Below are positions 45,639 through 58,072 of a stretch of 64,000 nucleotides of DNA, one piece after another. Origin of the DNA: Candidatus Multivoradales bacterium (GTDB lineage Bacteria; Acidobacteriota; Thermoanaerobaculia; Multivoradales; JAHEKO01); assembly GCA_965223155.1 (NCBI GenBank), contig CBDCVR010000015.1, positions 608,001 through 672,000 on the forward strand, read 5' to 3'. The position numbers were made by a program, and so were the translations under genes. The first letter of the stretch is position 1; each line of letters begins with the position of its first letter. The notes below the pieces were generated by a model. It did no database searches. It worked only from the letters and a program-made list of their open reading frames with translations, and was not told the origin of the DNA.

Positions 45639-46613
45639 CTAGACACGGCACAGGTAGTCGACCGTGGGCGGCAGCCCCCGATCCAACCCGCGCGGCGACC
45701 AATCGAGCTCGGATCGCGCCTTGGCGTCATCGAAGTTCCAGTGCCGGCGCAGACTCTCGAGCTGTTCGAGATCGAGCGGCGAGCGAAAGCCGCGCCACCG
45801 GTAGTACGGCCTCATCACCCGGACGAGCCAGCGCCCGGCGCCGGGCGACAGACGCCAGCGGGGCGACCGGACTCCGGCCAGGCGGGCCGCCTCGAGGACG
45901 ACCGCTCCGATCGAGCGCGCCTCTCCGGTCATCAGGAAGTGCTGACCCGGCCCGGCCCGCTTTACCGTCCGCATCAGCCCCTCGACCAGGTCGTCCAGGT
46001 GAAGCCATCGTCCGACGCGGTCGCCCCCGACGAGCGCCGGCAGGCGCTCCTTGATGACCTGCCGCAGCATGGCGTTGAGCCCGCCCTTGCGGCCGGGCGG
46101 CCCGTAGATGAAGCCCGGATAGACCAGGTTGACCTTGAGACCGTTCTCGGCCCAACGCAGGAAGGCTTCCGAGCCGGCGTGCTTGGTGGCGCTGTAGGCG
46201 CTCGGAAAGGGCAGGTAGAGCGGCGCGCTTTCGTCAACGGCCGAGCCGGCGTCCGGACTCCCGCCGAAGGCGGCGATCGACGACAGCGCCAGCACCCGTC
46301 CGACGCCCAGCTTGTAGGCCAGCGAAGCCACGTTCTCGCTGCCCTGGACGTTGGCTCCCTGGATTCGATCCCGCCCGGCGGCGAAATCCAGCTCGGCAGC
46401 GGCGTGAATCACCCAATCCGCTCCCGACATCGCGGCCCGCATCGAGTACCGATCGGTGACGTCTCCGACGAGACAAGTTACCCCCAGCGCTTCGAGCTCG
46501 GCCGTCCGGCTGGTGGGCCGCACCAGCACCCGCACCTCGTGACCATCCCCGGCCAGCCGGGTGCACAGACGCGACCCGATATAGCCCGTTCCGCCAGTAA
46601 CAAAGACGCGCAT
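45639..46613 (-). CDS. NAD-dependent epimerase/dehydratase (extended SDR)
   Basis: TGGTGYIG, HAAA and YSATK motifs. ATG at 46613. Confidence 0.92.
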   Translation of the reverse strand: MRVFVTGGTGYIGSRLCTRLAGDGHEVRVLVRPTSRTAELEALGVTCLVGDVTDRYSMRAAMSGADWVIHAAAELDFAAGRDRIQGANVQGSENVASLAYKLGVGRVLALSSIAAFGGSPDAGSAVDESAPLYLPFPSAYSATKHAGSEAFLRWAENGLKVNLVYPGFIYGPPGRKGGLNAMLRQVIKERLPALVGGDRVGRWLHLDDLVEGLMRTVKRAGPGQHFLMTGEARSIGAVVLEAARLAGVRSPRWRLSPGAGRWLVRVMRPYYRWRGFRSPLDLEQLESLRRHWNFDDAKARSELDWSPRGLDRGLPPTVDYLCRV

Positions 46614-46783
46614 GGACGAGGAGCGAGCATACCGCTCCTCGTCCATACCGAGTCCATGCCGGCCGCGCCCAGGCCGGCCCGTTCTCGCACCGAGACACGC
46701 GAGGCGTCCGTCGATCCTCGAGGATTCCAGCGCAGCCTTGAAGTGATTCGACAAAACCATCGGGCGCTTCTTTTCGTTAGTAC

Positions 46784-46908
46784 AGGAGGAGAGAGCCTCG
46801 GGAGTGGACTCTTTTCTCGGCCCCGGCTCTCCATGAGCCGGAACCGGAACCTAGGCCGCTCCTCCTCCTCCGACCCGCGCCGACTCCCTCCTCGGCGCGG
46901 GTTTTTTT
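46784..46908 (+). ncRNA. Candidate small regulatory RNA with CU-rich (anti-SD-like) motifs
   Basis: A plus-strand intrinsic terminator with no plus-strand gene upstream, an ECF-like promoter at 46753-46778, internal hairpins and a CTCCTCCTCCTCC tract. Boundaries are approximate. Confidence 0.45.
46873..46908 (+). terminator. Rho-independent terminator
   Basis: Stem CCCGCGCCGA / TCGGCGCGGG, loop CTCCCTCC, then T7. Confidence 0.85.
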
Positions 46909-46932
46909 CTTGAGACCTGGGCGGACCTCGAT

Positions 46933-48228
46933 CTAGGATCCTGCCCCGGAATCGTCGGCGCGCCGCAGCCGGTAGAGCACCAGGCCGGTGGCGAGCGCTA
47001 CCGCCGCCGCCACCAGATGCTTGCGTTCGGCACTCGCGGCCAGCCCCACCGTCAGCGCCGTCGCCGCCAGCGGAATCAAGGGTCCGGCCGGGAGCCGAAA
47101 CCTCGACACGCCGGCGAGTCGCCGGCGCAGGACCGGCACGGACAGGGCCGTGCCCGCATAGGACACCAGCCGGGTCACCACTGAAACCGCGGCCAGCCCT
47201 TCGAAGCTCCCTGCTACCGCCAGGGGAAGAGCCAGGGCGGTCTGGACCAGGATCGCCGCCGCCGGCGTCCGGTACCGGGGGTGGACCCGCGCCAGAAACC
47301 GCGGACCGTAGCCGTCGCGAGCCAGAGCGTAGAGGTAGCGCGGGCCGGCCAGAACCGTATTGCCGTTGGTGCCCAGAATCGAGACCACAGCCCCCACGGT
47401 CAACATCGTCGCCCCCCATCCTCCGAGAACGCGCTCCGCCGACTCGGCCAGGGGCGCCTCGGTGGCGCCCAGCCCAGGCACGGTGGCCAGCGCCACCCAC
47501 TGCACCGCCGCATAGAGCGCGGTCACGATTGCGATCTGGGCGACGAGGGCGAAGGGGACGTCCCGTCTCGGGCTCTTGAACTCACCGGCCGCCGCCGCCG
47601 TGTTCTCGAAGCCGGCGTAGGCGAAGAGCAGGAGCAGAGCCGCCTCACCCAGCCCCCCTGGCTTGGTGATCTCCTGAGCGAAGGCCATCTCCGAGCTCCC
47701 GGCCAGGAACCCGGCCGCGAGCAGCACCACGAGCGGCGCAATCTTGGCTACGACCAACACGGTGGCCGCGCGCGCCCCGCTCTTGACCCCGACGACGTTG
47801 ATCCACGTCAGAACCAGAACCGGAACGACGATCGCCGCCACCCGCCCCCAGCCGGATGCCGCCGCCGGCCAGAGATAGGACAGCGCCAAGGCGAAGCCGC
47901 CCGCCAGAGACGCCAAGGACGCCACCCGGGCAAGCCATGTCATCCAGCCGACGGCAAAGCCGGGGAGCTCCCCGAAGGCCGTGCGCGTGTAGAGATAGGC
48001 GCTCCCCGGCTCCTCGAAGTAACTCGACGCCTCGGCGAAACACAGCACCACGAGGCACACCGCCGCGCCCGCCAGCGCCACCGCCCAGAGGCTGGCAAAA
48101 CCCAGGAGCGCCGCCGCGACGGCCGGCAGCAGGTAGACGCCGCTGCCAACGACGTCGTTGAGCGACAAGGCGAGAACCTCCCAGCGGGACACCGCCCGCC
48201 GCAGCCGTCGCTTTCCCGTGTCGATCAT
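46933..48228 (-). CDS. APC family amino acid permease
   Basis: VGSGVY, FAE.SS, FAYAGFE, E.K.P.R.VP and RY.TP motifs; ~12 TM helices. Confidence 0.93.
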   Translation of the reverse strand: MIDTGKRRLRRAVSRWEVLALSLNDVVGSGVYLLPAVAAALLGFASLWAVALAGAAVCLVVLCFAEASSYFEEPGSAYLYTRTAFGELPGFAVGWMTWLARVASLASLAGGFALALSYLWPAAASGWGRVAAIVVPVLVLTWINVVGVKSGARAATVLVVAKIAPLVVLLAAGFLAGSSEMAFAQEITKPGGLGEAALLLLFAYAGFENTAAAAGEFKSPRRDVPFALVAQIAIVTALYAAVQWVALATVPGLGATEAPLAESAERVLGGWGATMLTVGAVVSILGTNGNTVLAGPRYLYALARDGYGPRFLARVHPRYRTPAAAILVQTALALPLAVAGSFEGLAAVSVVTRLVSYAGTALSVPVLRRRLAGVSRFRLPAGPLIPLAATALTVGLAASAERKHLVAAAVALATGLVLYRLRRADDSGAGS

Positions 48229-48262
48229 GTCCCCGCCAAGCTACAGTGTCGCGTTCCCGGGT

Positions 48263-49060
48263 TCAATCACCGTCGGCTGCCGTTGGCGCCGGCCTACGCG
48301 CCTCCCGGTCGGCAAGTGCGACAAATTCCTCCGGCCGCGAAAAGTCGGCCACAACCGCCGCGCCCCGGCGGAGCAATTTCTCACGGCGCTTCCCCGAGCC
48401 CACGCCCACAAAGCCGATCCCTAGCCGCCGGGCAGTCTCGAGGTCCCAGAGGCCGTCACCGACCGCCACCACCGCCTCGAAGGCCGGCAACGAAACGGCG
48501 CCGGAATCTGGCCCCGAGGCCTTGCGCCACGCCCGTTCCATCGCGGTCCGGACAATGCCGGTCCGGCAGGGATCGTCGCTCGCCGTCGCCACGGCCACCC
48601 CGGCCGGCAGCCTCAAGGCGGCCAGCTTGAGCTCGGCCAGCGACCGCCAGGCACCGGTCGCGATCGCCACGACCCAGGACTGGCTTCCGATCAGGCGCTC
48701 GAGCAGCGCCTCGGCACCGGCGATGGGCGCAAGGTCCTCCGGCCGCTCGGCAACGACTCGGCGCATCAGGAGGTGGAAGCGCCGCTCCAGCCGCTCGAGC
48801 TCGCCGGTCGTCACCTCGCGGCCCAGCGCCTCTCGCACGATCGTCCGAGCCAATCCCGGGTCGGTCACCTCGTCGAAGACCGACCAGTCGAACGAGGGTC
48901 CGGTCCCGTCCTGCGTCGATTCCTGCTCCGAACTCGCGGCCGGGATCCGGATCCCGAACTCGTCCCGGAACGCCTGGACGAAGCAGGCATCGTCGGCACC
49001 GGTCGAGTCCAGAAGCGTGCCATCGACGTCGAAGACGGCAAGCTTCACGGCAGGCGTCAT
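48263..49060 (-). CDS. HAD family hydrolase
   Basis: FDVDGTL, ATG and VGDGLWD motifs. Confidence 0.9.
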   Translation of the reverse strand: MTPAVKLAVFDVDGTLLDSTGADDACFVQAFRDEFGIRIPAASSEQESTQDGTGPSFDWSVFDEVTDPGLARTIVREALGREVTTGELERLERRFHLLMRRVVAERPEDLAPIAGAEALLERLIGSQSWVVAIATGAWRSLAELKLAALRLPAGVAVATASDDPCRTGIVRTAMERAWRKASGPDSGAVSLPAFEAVVAVGDGLWDLETARRLGIGFVGVGSGKRREKLLRRGAAVVADFSRPEEFVALADREARRPAPTAADGD

Positions 49061-49076
49061 CCGGCCCGGCTAGCGG

Positions 49077-51878
<2,802 letters not shown>

Positions 51879-51977
51879 CGCGTCGTTCTCCGTGCCTTGG
51901 GGCGCTCGGTTCCGGGTCGATGAAGATACCAGACGCACGGACGCACCAAGGCCGGCGCAGGCCGCCGATGGGCCCCA

Positions 51978-52087
51978 ACCGGATCAAGCCCGGATCAAGT
52001 CCGGATCGAGTCCGGATCAGGTCCCGACCGAGTCCGGACCGGGTCCGGATCGCGTCAGGATCGGGTCAGGAGCCGATCCGGCCTGGG
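51978..52087. repeat. Ten degenerate 11-bp tandem repeats (consensus ~TCCGGATCGRG)
   Basis: accggatcaag cccggatcaag tccggatcgag tccggatcagg tcccgaccgag tccggaccggg tccggatcgcg tcaggatcggg tcaggagccga tccggcctggg. Confidence 0.8.
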
Positions 52088-53017
52088 TTAGAGCTCGCGG
52101 ACGGCGACTCCGCCACCGCTGGTGTGGAGACGCAGCAGGGGCCCGCCGCCGTTGACAGTGCCCCGGATCGAATGCCTCGAGATCTTTCCCTGGACGGTGA
52201 TCGGCAGGTCCACGGTGACGCCGCCGCCGGACGACGAGGCCTCGATGTCGAGCGCCGCGGTGGGATCGACGTACGCGGTCACCCGGCCGCCCGAAGACGA
52301 CAGGGAGCCGCCGGCGCCGTTGCCGGCGTCGAAATAGGCCGTCACCGAACCGCCCGAGGTCCGGGCGTCGATCCGGCCGCCGGCCCCACGAATCTCGATC
52401 GAGCCGCCCGATGTCTCGGCCCGGACGTCGCCGGCGACCCGTTCCACGCTGATCCGGCCGCCCGACGTGTCGAGACGGGCGTCGGCGCCCAGGTCCCGGA
52501 CCGAGATCGAGCCGCCGCTGGTGGTTGCCAGGACGCCACCGGTCACAGAGCGGAGCTCGATGCGGCCACCCGAGGTGTCGACCTTGGCAATGCCATCCAC
52601 GTCGCGCGCTTCGATCCGGCCGCCGGACGAATGGAGATCCACGTCGGTCCGGCGCGGAATCTCGACGTCGAAGTGCAGGTCGCCAAGCGAGCGCCCAAAC
52701 CACGAGGCTTTGCGCCGCTTGATCCGGACCTCGACCCGGTCCTCGAGCTCCTCGAACCTGAAGTCGAACCAACGCTCGATGTCGTCGCGCTCGGAGGTCA
52801 CGACGATCCGCACGTCCGGGCGGTCGACGCCGCGCACGGTGATGCGGCCGGCATCCACATTGAGCTGGAACTCGCCTCCGGGGGCGAGCGCCAGGGTCTT
52901 CTCCAGGCGAAAGTCGGCTTGCGCCGGAAGCACGGTGGCCGCGATGACGACGGCGGCCAGGAACGCGGTCAACAGGGTACGCCGGCGGTGGAAACTGCGA
53001 ACACGATCTCTGGTCAT
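52088..53017 (-). CDS. DUF4097 family beta-strand repeat exported protein
   Basis: SD AAGGAG, signal peptide (AQA|D) and repeated TSGG.I motifs. Confidence 0.9.
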   Translation of the reverse strand: MTRDRVRSFHRRRTLLTAFLAAVVIAATVLPAQADFRLEKTLALAPGGEFQLNVDAGRITVRGVDRPDVRIVVTSERDDIERWFDFRFEELEDRVEVRIKRRKASWFGRSLGDLHFDVEIPRRTDVDLHSSGGRIEARDVDGIAKVDTSGGRIELRSVTGGVLATTSGGSISVRDLGADARLDTSGGRISVERVAGDVRAETSGGSIEIRGAGGRIDARTSGGSVTAYFDAGNGAGGSLSSSGGRVTAYVDPTAALDIEASSSGGGVTVDLPITVQGKISRHSIRGTVNGGGPLLRLHTSGGGVAVREL

Positions 53018-53092
53018 ACTGAACTCCTTCTCTCTCGGCGGCCCGGCTGCGAGTGCCGTCCGCCGCGGACGCCGTATCTCTCTATTGGGTAG

Positions 53093-53118
53093 TACGCGCT
53101 TCACCCGCGTTGGTTCCA
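53093..53118 (-). promoter_or_regulatory. ECF sigma-type promoter candidate
   Basis: TGGAAC-N16-CGTA upstream of the DUF4097 gene. Confidence 0.6.
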
Positions 53119-53147
53119 CTCCCGTCGCAATCGATCTTCACTCGAGA

Positions 53148-55931
53148 TCAGTCCATCTCAGTGGGCTCAGCGGGGTCAGCGGGGTCAGCGGGGCCAGTGA
53201 TCCCATTGGCCCCATCGATCCCATTCGGCCCATCGGGCACCGAGGGCTCGAAGCGAAACCACACGACCGCGCGCGCGGTGCGCCCCGAAGACTCCTCGTG
53301 GTCCGGCCGCTCCAGGTCGCGCGCCGGATGGAACTTGGAGCCCATTCCCGGCAACCTGGCCGCCAGCGTCAGCTGATCCGGGGGCGGCACCTCGGCGCGA
53401 GCGCTGCGCGCGTCGTCCGGAAAGCCGGGCGACGACACCCCGACCGCCAAGCCGCCGGACTCGGAAAGGACGGTGAGAACACCGCCTGCCAACTCGAGGC
53501 GGAGCCAGGAGACGTCGTCGTAGAAACCCGCCGCTGCCGGCAGGGCCCTGCGCCACACGCCGACCCAGCCGCCTTCGCGCCGGTTCCGCCACACCGGCCA
53601 CGGCCCGCGCCCCAGCCATTCGACGGCCACCGGCTCGCCGGCAGCGAGCTCTGGCAGGGACAGTCCGGCCGCGGCGAAATCAGCAACCCCGGGTCCGACG
53701 GCGTAGGCGAGCTCCAACTCGAGTCGGTGCCAGCCTGCCGCTCGCGGCCGCCAGCGAGCCTCGGCCGCGGTGGCCGAGCCCAGAGCTTCGACCGGACCCG
53801 AGAATGGCAACTCGGCCGGGACGGCGCCGGTTACCACGTTCGCGGTCGAAGGCGCCGCGTCCCCGCTTCTCGCCGAACCGAGCCAGCGCGCCGCCAGCTC
53901 GCTCGGCGACCGGAGCGAGAAGACCCAGGTCTCGATCTCGCGCCCGCCGGGGGCGATCGCCGTAACACCAAGGGCATCGGCCCCGGGAATCTCCGTCACC
54001 GCCGGCGGTGGCCGGACCTCGACGGTCGCGCCCGGCGCAGTCGGGGGACCCGGCACCGTGGCGACGGCTAGAGGCTCCTTGGGTGGCTGCCCGGGACCGG
54101 GGAGCGCCAGGGCCTGCCAGCGGAACGCGACCCGATCCAGATCGGTGGTGTCGAAACGGTTCTCGACCCGGTAGCCACCGGCGCCGGACGGACGGATCTC
54201 GACCGGCGACCAGACCCGGCGCACGGTAGCGTAACTGGCCTCGGGCTTGCGGTAGGGATCGAGGATGCCGTCGGGAGCGTAGTTGCCGAAGGTATCGACC
54301 GCGCCCTCCCGGTCGGTCCGCTCGACGCCCTCGTCCAGAAACGCCCACAGAAACGCGCCCACCCCTCGCGCCGAGCCGGCGATGGCTTGCCAGAAGTCCC
54401 GCAAGCCCGCACCCAACCCACCGTCGTAGAGCCCGTGCAGCATCTCGGTCGGCAGCACCAGGGGTCGCGAGCGAGCAGGACCGAACCGAGCCCGACCGAG
54501 GAAACGACCTAGCCCGGCGCCGGGAGCGTCATCGAGCCAGGCCACCAGCTCCCGGTAGCTCGGATAGTGGGGCGCGGCGATGCCCGAGAAGGTCGCGTCC
54601 GGATGCAGGACTGGCCGCCCCTGGGGATCGTGCCGCGCGAACTCCCGGTCCAGCAAGCTGTTCCAGCCGCCCTCGTTGCCGTTTGCCCACAGGATCACCG
54701 AGGGATGGTTGACGTCGCGCCGCACCATCTCGGCGATCAGGCCGGCGCCTCGCGCCGGCCGGTAGGCGTCATGCCAACCCGGCAGCTCATCGATCACATA
54801 GAGGCCCGCCCGGTCACAAGCCTCGAGAAAGGACGTGTCCGGCGGATAGTGGGACGTGCGCACGGCGTTCGCGTTCATGCCGCGAATCGCCGCGACGTCG
54901 GCCCGATCGATCCGGGGACTCAGGGCCCGGCCCGAGGCCGGATGGAAGGCGTGCCGGTTGACGCCCTTGAGGAGAACCCTGCGGCCGTTGACATAGAGCC
55001 CCGGCCGGTCGGACTCGAGCCGTACCTCGACCGTGCGAAAGCCGAAGCGCTCGGCGACCCGATGGACAGGCTGACCGTCACAGAAGAGACGAAGCGCAAG
55101 CGTATAGAGCACCGGATCCTCGGCGCTCCACGGTCGGATCCCGGCCACCACTCCCGAAAGCTCGCCGGCCCGTCGCCCGCCGGGGCCCGGGCCCAGGCTC
55201 TGAAGCCCGTTCCCTTCCGAGCCGGCGGCGTCTTCCAAGACCTCAGCCTCCACCCGGCACCCGGCCCTCTCGCCACCCAGCTCGCCACCCAGCTCGTAGG
55301 CCACCCGGATTTGGCCGTCATGACGCGCATCGATCGCCACGTGCTCGATCGCCCGTGCCGGCCGGGCCTCCAGGTACACCGGCCGGTAGATGCCGCCGAA
55401 GACCCAGTAGTCCGCCTGGCGCTCGGCGCGTTCGACCGAACCGTCCGCCGAGGCCTCCGACACCTCGACCCGCAACCGATTCGAGCCGCCGTAGACCAGG
55501 TGATCGGCCACCGGATAGGAAAACCGGGTGAAGCCCCCGCGATGCACCGGGTCGAGCTCGACATCGTTCAGGGCCGCCCGGGTATCGGTCATCACCCCTT
55601 CGAACACCAACCGGATCCGTCGTTCCCGCCAGGAAGCCGGAACCTCGAACTCCACCTCGTAGCGCCCGATCTCGGCCCGCACCGCGTCGTCCTGGCCGTA
55701 CGCGTACTCACCGAAGCCGGCAAGCTCCCATTGCGACGGCACCGGAATGGTGGTGCGCTCTCCGGCCCGCCGGCCACGATCGATCCAGAACTTCCAAGGT
55801 ACGGGTTTGTCGCTGTTCGCGCCTGAAAGGAAGAGTCGTTCGGTGTCGATCGGTGCCTCGGCCGCCTCCGCCGCCGTCGAGACGAGGCATAATAGTAACC
55901 AAATGATTACCCAAATGCCCTTCATCCTCAC
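53148..55931 (-). CDS. Exported glycoside hydrolase family 2 (beta-galactosidase-like)
   Basis: Signal peptide, FEGV, DYW.FGGIYR, KGVNRH, NAVRTSHYP, NHPS..W..GNE (acid/base) and TEM.H (nucleophile). Start is 55931 GTG or 55925 ATG. Confidence 0.92.
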   Translation of the reverse strand: MRMKGIWVIIWLLLCLVSTAAEAAEAPIDTERLFLSGANSDKPVPWKFWIDRGRRAGERTTIPVPSQWELAGFGEYAYGQDDAVRAEIGRYEVEFEVPASWRERRIRLVFEGVMTDTRAALNDVELDPVHRGGFTRFSYPVADHLVYGGSNRLRVEVSEASADGSVERAERQADYWVFGGIYRPVYLEARPARAIEHVAIDARHDGQIRVAYELGGELGGERAGCRVEAEVLEDAAGSEGNGLQSLGPGPGGRRAGELSGVVAGIRPWSAEDPVLYTLALRLFCDGQPVHRVAERFGFRTVEVRLESDRPGLYVNGRRVLLKGVNRHAFHPASGRALSPRIDRADVAAIRGMNANAVRTSHYPPDTSFLEACDRAGLYVIDELPGWHDAYRPARGAGLIAEMVRRDVNHPSVILWANGNEGGWNSLLDREFARHDPQGRPVLHPDATFSGIAAPHYPSYRELVAWLDDAPGAGLGRFLGRARFGPARSRPLVLPTEMLHGLYDGGLGAGLRDFWQAIAGSARGVGAFLWAFLDEGVERTDREGAVDTFGNYAPDGILDPYRKPEASYATVRRVWSPVEIRPSGAGGYRVENRFDTTDLDRVAFRWQALALPGPGQPPKEPLAVATVPGPPTAPGATVEVRPPPAVTEIPGADALGVTAIAPGGREIETWVFSLRSPSELAARWLGSARSGDAAPSTANVVTGAVPAELPFSGPVEALGSATAAEARWRPRAAGWHRLELELAYAVGPGVADFAAAGLSLPELAAGEPVAVEWLGRGPWPVWRNRREGGWVGVWRRALPAAAGFYDDVSWLRLELAGGVLTVLSESGGLAVGVSSPGFPDDARSARAEVPPPDQLTLAARLPGMGSKFHPARDLERPDHEESSGRTARAVVWFRFEPSVPDGPNGIDGANGITGPADPADPAEPTEMD

Positions 55932-57019
55932 TCTCGACCCCCTCCGGAGTCAAAGAGCGGTAGCTGGTCACCCACCGGCCGGCGAAAGCTGGCGGCAGAC
56001 AGCTCGGGTCGTTCCTCCGGGAAGCCCGCCCGTCGGGCCGCGGTCCGAAAGAGCTGGCGCAGCTGCTCCGCCACCGGTCCCTGGCCGCGCCCCCGCCGCC
56101 CGAAGCGGCTCTCGTTGAGAGCACCCCCGCGCACATCCCGAATGCGAGAGAGAACGTGTTCCCGGCGCTCAGGAGCATGCTCCTCGAGCCACTCCGGAAA
56201 GAGCCGTGCGATCACCCCCGGCATGCGCAGCAGAATCCAGGAGGCGTGGCTTGCTCCGGAGTCGCGGGCCGCCTCTAGGATCGAAGGAATCTCGTGGTCC
56301 GTGAGAGCCGGAATCACGGGCGCAATGAGCACCCCCGCCGGAATCCCGGCTTGGGCCAGTTGCGAGATCGCCTTCAGGCGCTTGGCCGGGGCGCTTGCCC
56401 GCGGTTCGAGCCGGCGGGCGAGCTCGGAGTCCAGAGTCGGAATCGAAACCAGGACGGCGGCGGCCCGGTGCCGGGCAAGCTCCGCTAACGGCTCGACGTC
56501 CCGGGTCACGAGAAAGTTCTTGGTGACCACCGCGACCGGATTCCGGAAGCCCGCCAGAACCTCGAGGCAACCGCGGGTCAACTCGAGCTTCCGCTCGATC
56601 GGCTGGTACGGGTCGGTAACGCCCGAAAGACCCAGCGGCTGCGGCTTCCAAACGGGACGCGCCAGCTCCTCGGCCAGGAGCTCGGGAGCTCGATGCTTGA
56701 CCAGAATCCGGGTCTCGAAATCGAGGCCCGCCGACATCCCCAGATACTCGTGAGTCGGCCGCGCGTAGCAGTACGCACAGCCGTGCTCGCAGCCGCGATA
56801 GGGATTGACCGAAGCGTTGAATCCGACGTCGGGACTCTGGTTGCGGGCGATGACGCCTCTTGCGTCGTCGCGGAAGAAGCGCGTCGGGACGGTTGACGGC
56901 TGCCGCGCCTCGGACTCGGATTCATATTCGACGTCAAGACGCTCGAAGCGCGGCTTGGGGTTGCCGAGGCCCCCCCGACCTCGCACCTCGCTGCGTACCC
57001 GCCGTGGCCGGAATGCCAT
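55928..57019 (-). CDS. Radical SAM protein, PA0069/SplB-like family
   Basis: NPYRGCEHGCAYCYAR, TDPYQP.E, TK and LEP motifs. Confidence 0.92.
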   Translation of the reverse strand: MAFRPRRVRSEVRGRGGLGNPKPRFERLDVEYESESEARQPSTVPTRFFRDDARGVIARNQSPDVGFNASVNPYRGCEHGCAYCYARPTHEYLGMSAGLDFETRILVKHRAPELLAEELARPVWKPQPLGLSGVTDPYQPIERKLELTRGCLEVLAGFRNPVAVVTKNFLVTRDVEPLAELARHRAAAVLVSIPTLDSELARRLEPRASAPAKRLKAISQLAQAGIPAGVLIAPVIPALTDHEIPSILEAARDSGASHASWILLRMPGVIARLFPEWLEEHAPERREHVLSRIRDVRGGALNESRFGRRGRGQGPVAEQLRQLFRTAARRAGFPEERPELSAASFRRPVGDQLPLFDSGGGRE

Positions 57020-57170
57020 CGGCCAACTCTACTCGACCGCCCCAACCACGGCGCCCATCCGAAGGGAGCCAACTGAAGCCAACTGAGGCCAAATATGGCC
57101 CAATGAGGCCGCATCGGGGAAGGCCGGAGCAAACTGGGACTCCCACGAGATGCGAAGCCGCCTGGCAGAA

Positions 57171-57196
57171 TGCAACGGACCGGACTAATCTCCGTA
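57171..57196 (+). promoter_or_regulatory. ECF sigma-type promoter candidate
   Basis: TGCAAC-N16-CGTA upstream of the methyltransferase. Confidence 0.6.
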
Positions 57197-57289
57197 TCTA
57201 TGGACAACGAGGTACCGCTTGCTTCCGCCGGTCCGCGGTGCCCGACCCGACGCTTCGACATCAACCAATCCACCTCCGAGGCGGCCGCC

Positions 57290-58003
57290 ATGAACTCCAT
57301 CCGACCCCGTTCCGTTGACTCGCCCCGGCCCGCCCTTCCGGTCCCATCTGAGACGGCCGTTCGGCCGGCCCGCTCGGAGCGGCTCCGCGCCGGCATTGCC
57401 GGCGCCGCCTTTCTCATCCTGTCCGGAGCCTGCCAGCTCCTGGGCGCCGATCCCGCCGAGGTGGAGCGCATCGAGGCGCTTCTACAACTCGAGGAGGGCT
57501 CGCTCGTCGCCGATGTCGGCGCCGGCGACGGGGACTGGGCCGTGGCACTGGCCGAAGGCGTCGGGACCTCGGGCAGGGTCTGGGCCACCGAGGTCAAGGA
57601 AGACCTGGTCGAAGACATCGAGCGCCTCGCCGAGTCCCGCGGCCTCGACAACCTGACCGCGGTCCTGGGCGACCAAGAGACGATCGGCCTGCCGGAGGCC
57701 TGCTGCGAAGCCATCTTGATCCGCATGGTCTACCACCACTTCCAAGAACCCGACCTGATGCGCCGCGAGCTGTGGCGGGCGCTCAAGCCCGGGGGCCTGG
57801 TGGCGGTCCTCGACATCGTGCCGCAGACCCACTGGCGTCAGTTGCCCGACGTTCCCGACCGCGGCGGTCACGGCATTCCGACCGAGGCCCTGGAGCGGGA
57901 GATGGTGGCCTCGGGCTTCGAGGTCGTCAGCCGCCACCCGCGCTGGAACGACGACGAGGAACGCTTCGCAGTGCTCTTCCGGCGCCCACCTTCCGGGCCT
58001 TGA
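57290..58003 (+). CDS. Class I SAM-dependent methyltransferase, probably exported/lipoprotein
   Basis: ADVGAGDG motif I, YHH and ALKPGG; hydrophobic stretch ending LSGAC. Start uncertain (57200/57290). Confidence 0.85.
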   Translation: MNSIRPRSVDSPRPALPVPSETAVRPARSERLRAGIAGAAFLILSGACQLLGADPAEVERIEALLQLEEGSLVADVGAGDGDWAVALAEGVGTSGRVWATEVKEDLVEDIERLAESRGLDNLTAVLGDQETIGLPEACCEAILIRMVYHHFQEPDLMRRELWRALKPGGLVAVLDIVPQTHWRQLPDVPDRGGHGIPTEALEREMVASGFEVVSRHPRWNDDEERFAVLFRRPPSGP

Positions 58004-58072
58004 GCCAGCAGAGCCGGGTGGTCGTCAGCGTTGTACCCACGTTTCTCGGCGAGCGGGGCGGGCACGTTCCGG

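Noticed and set aside
53148-53240. 9-bp repeats at the end of the GH2 gene
   Set aside because: They encode a low-complexity C-terminal tail (PAD/GPN repeats), most simply explained by slippage.
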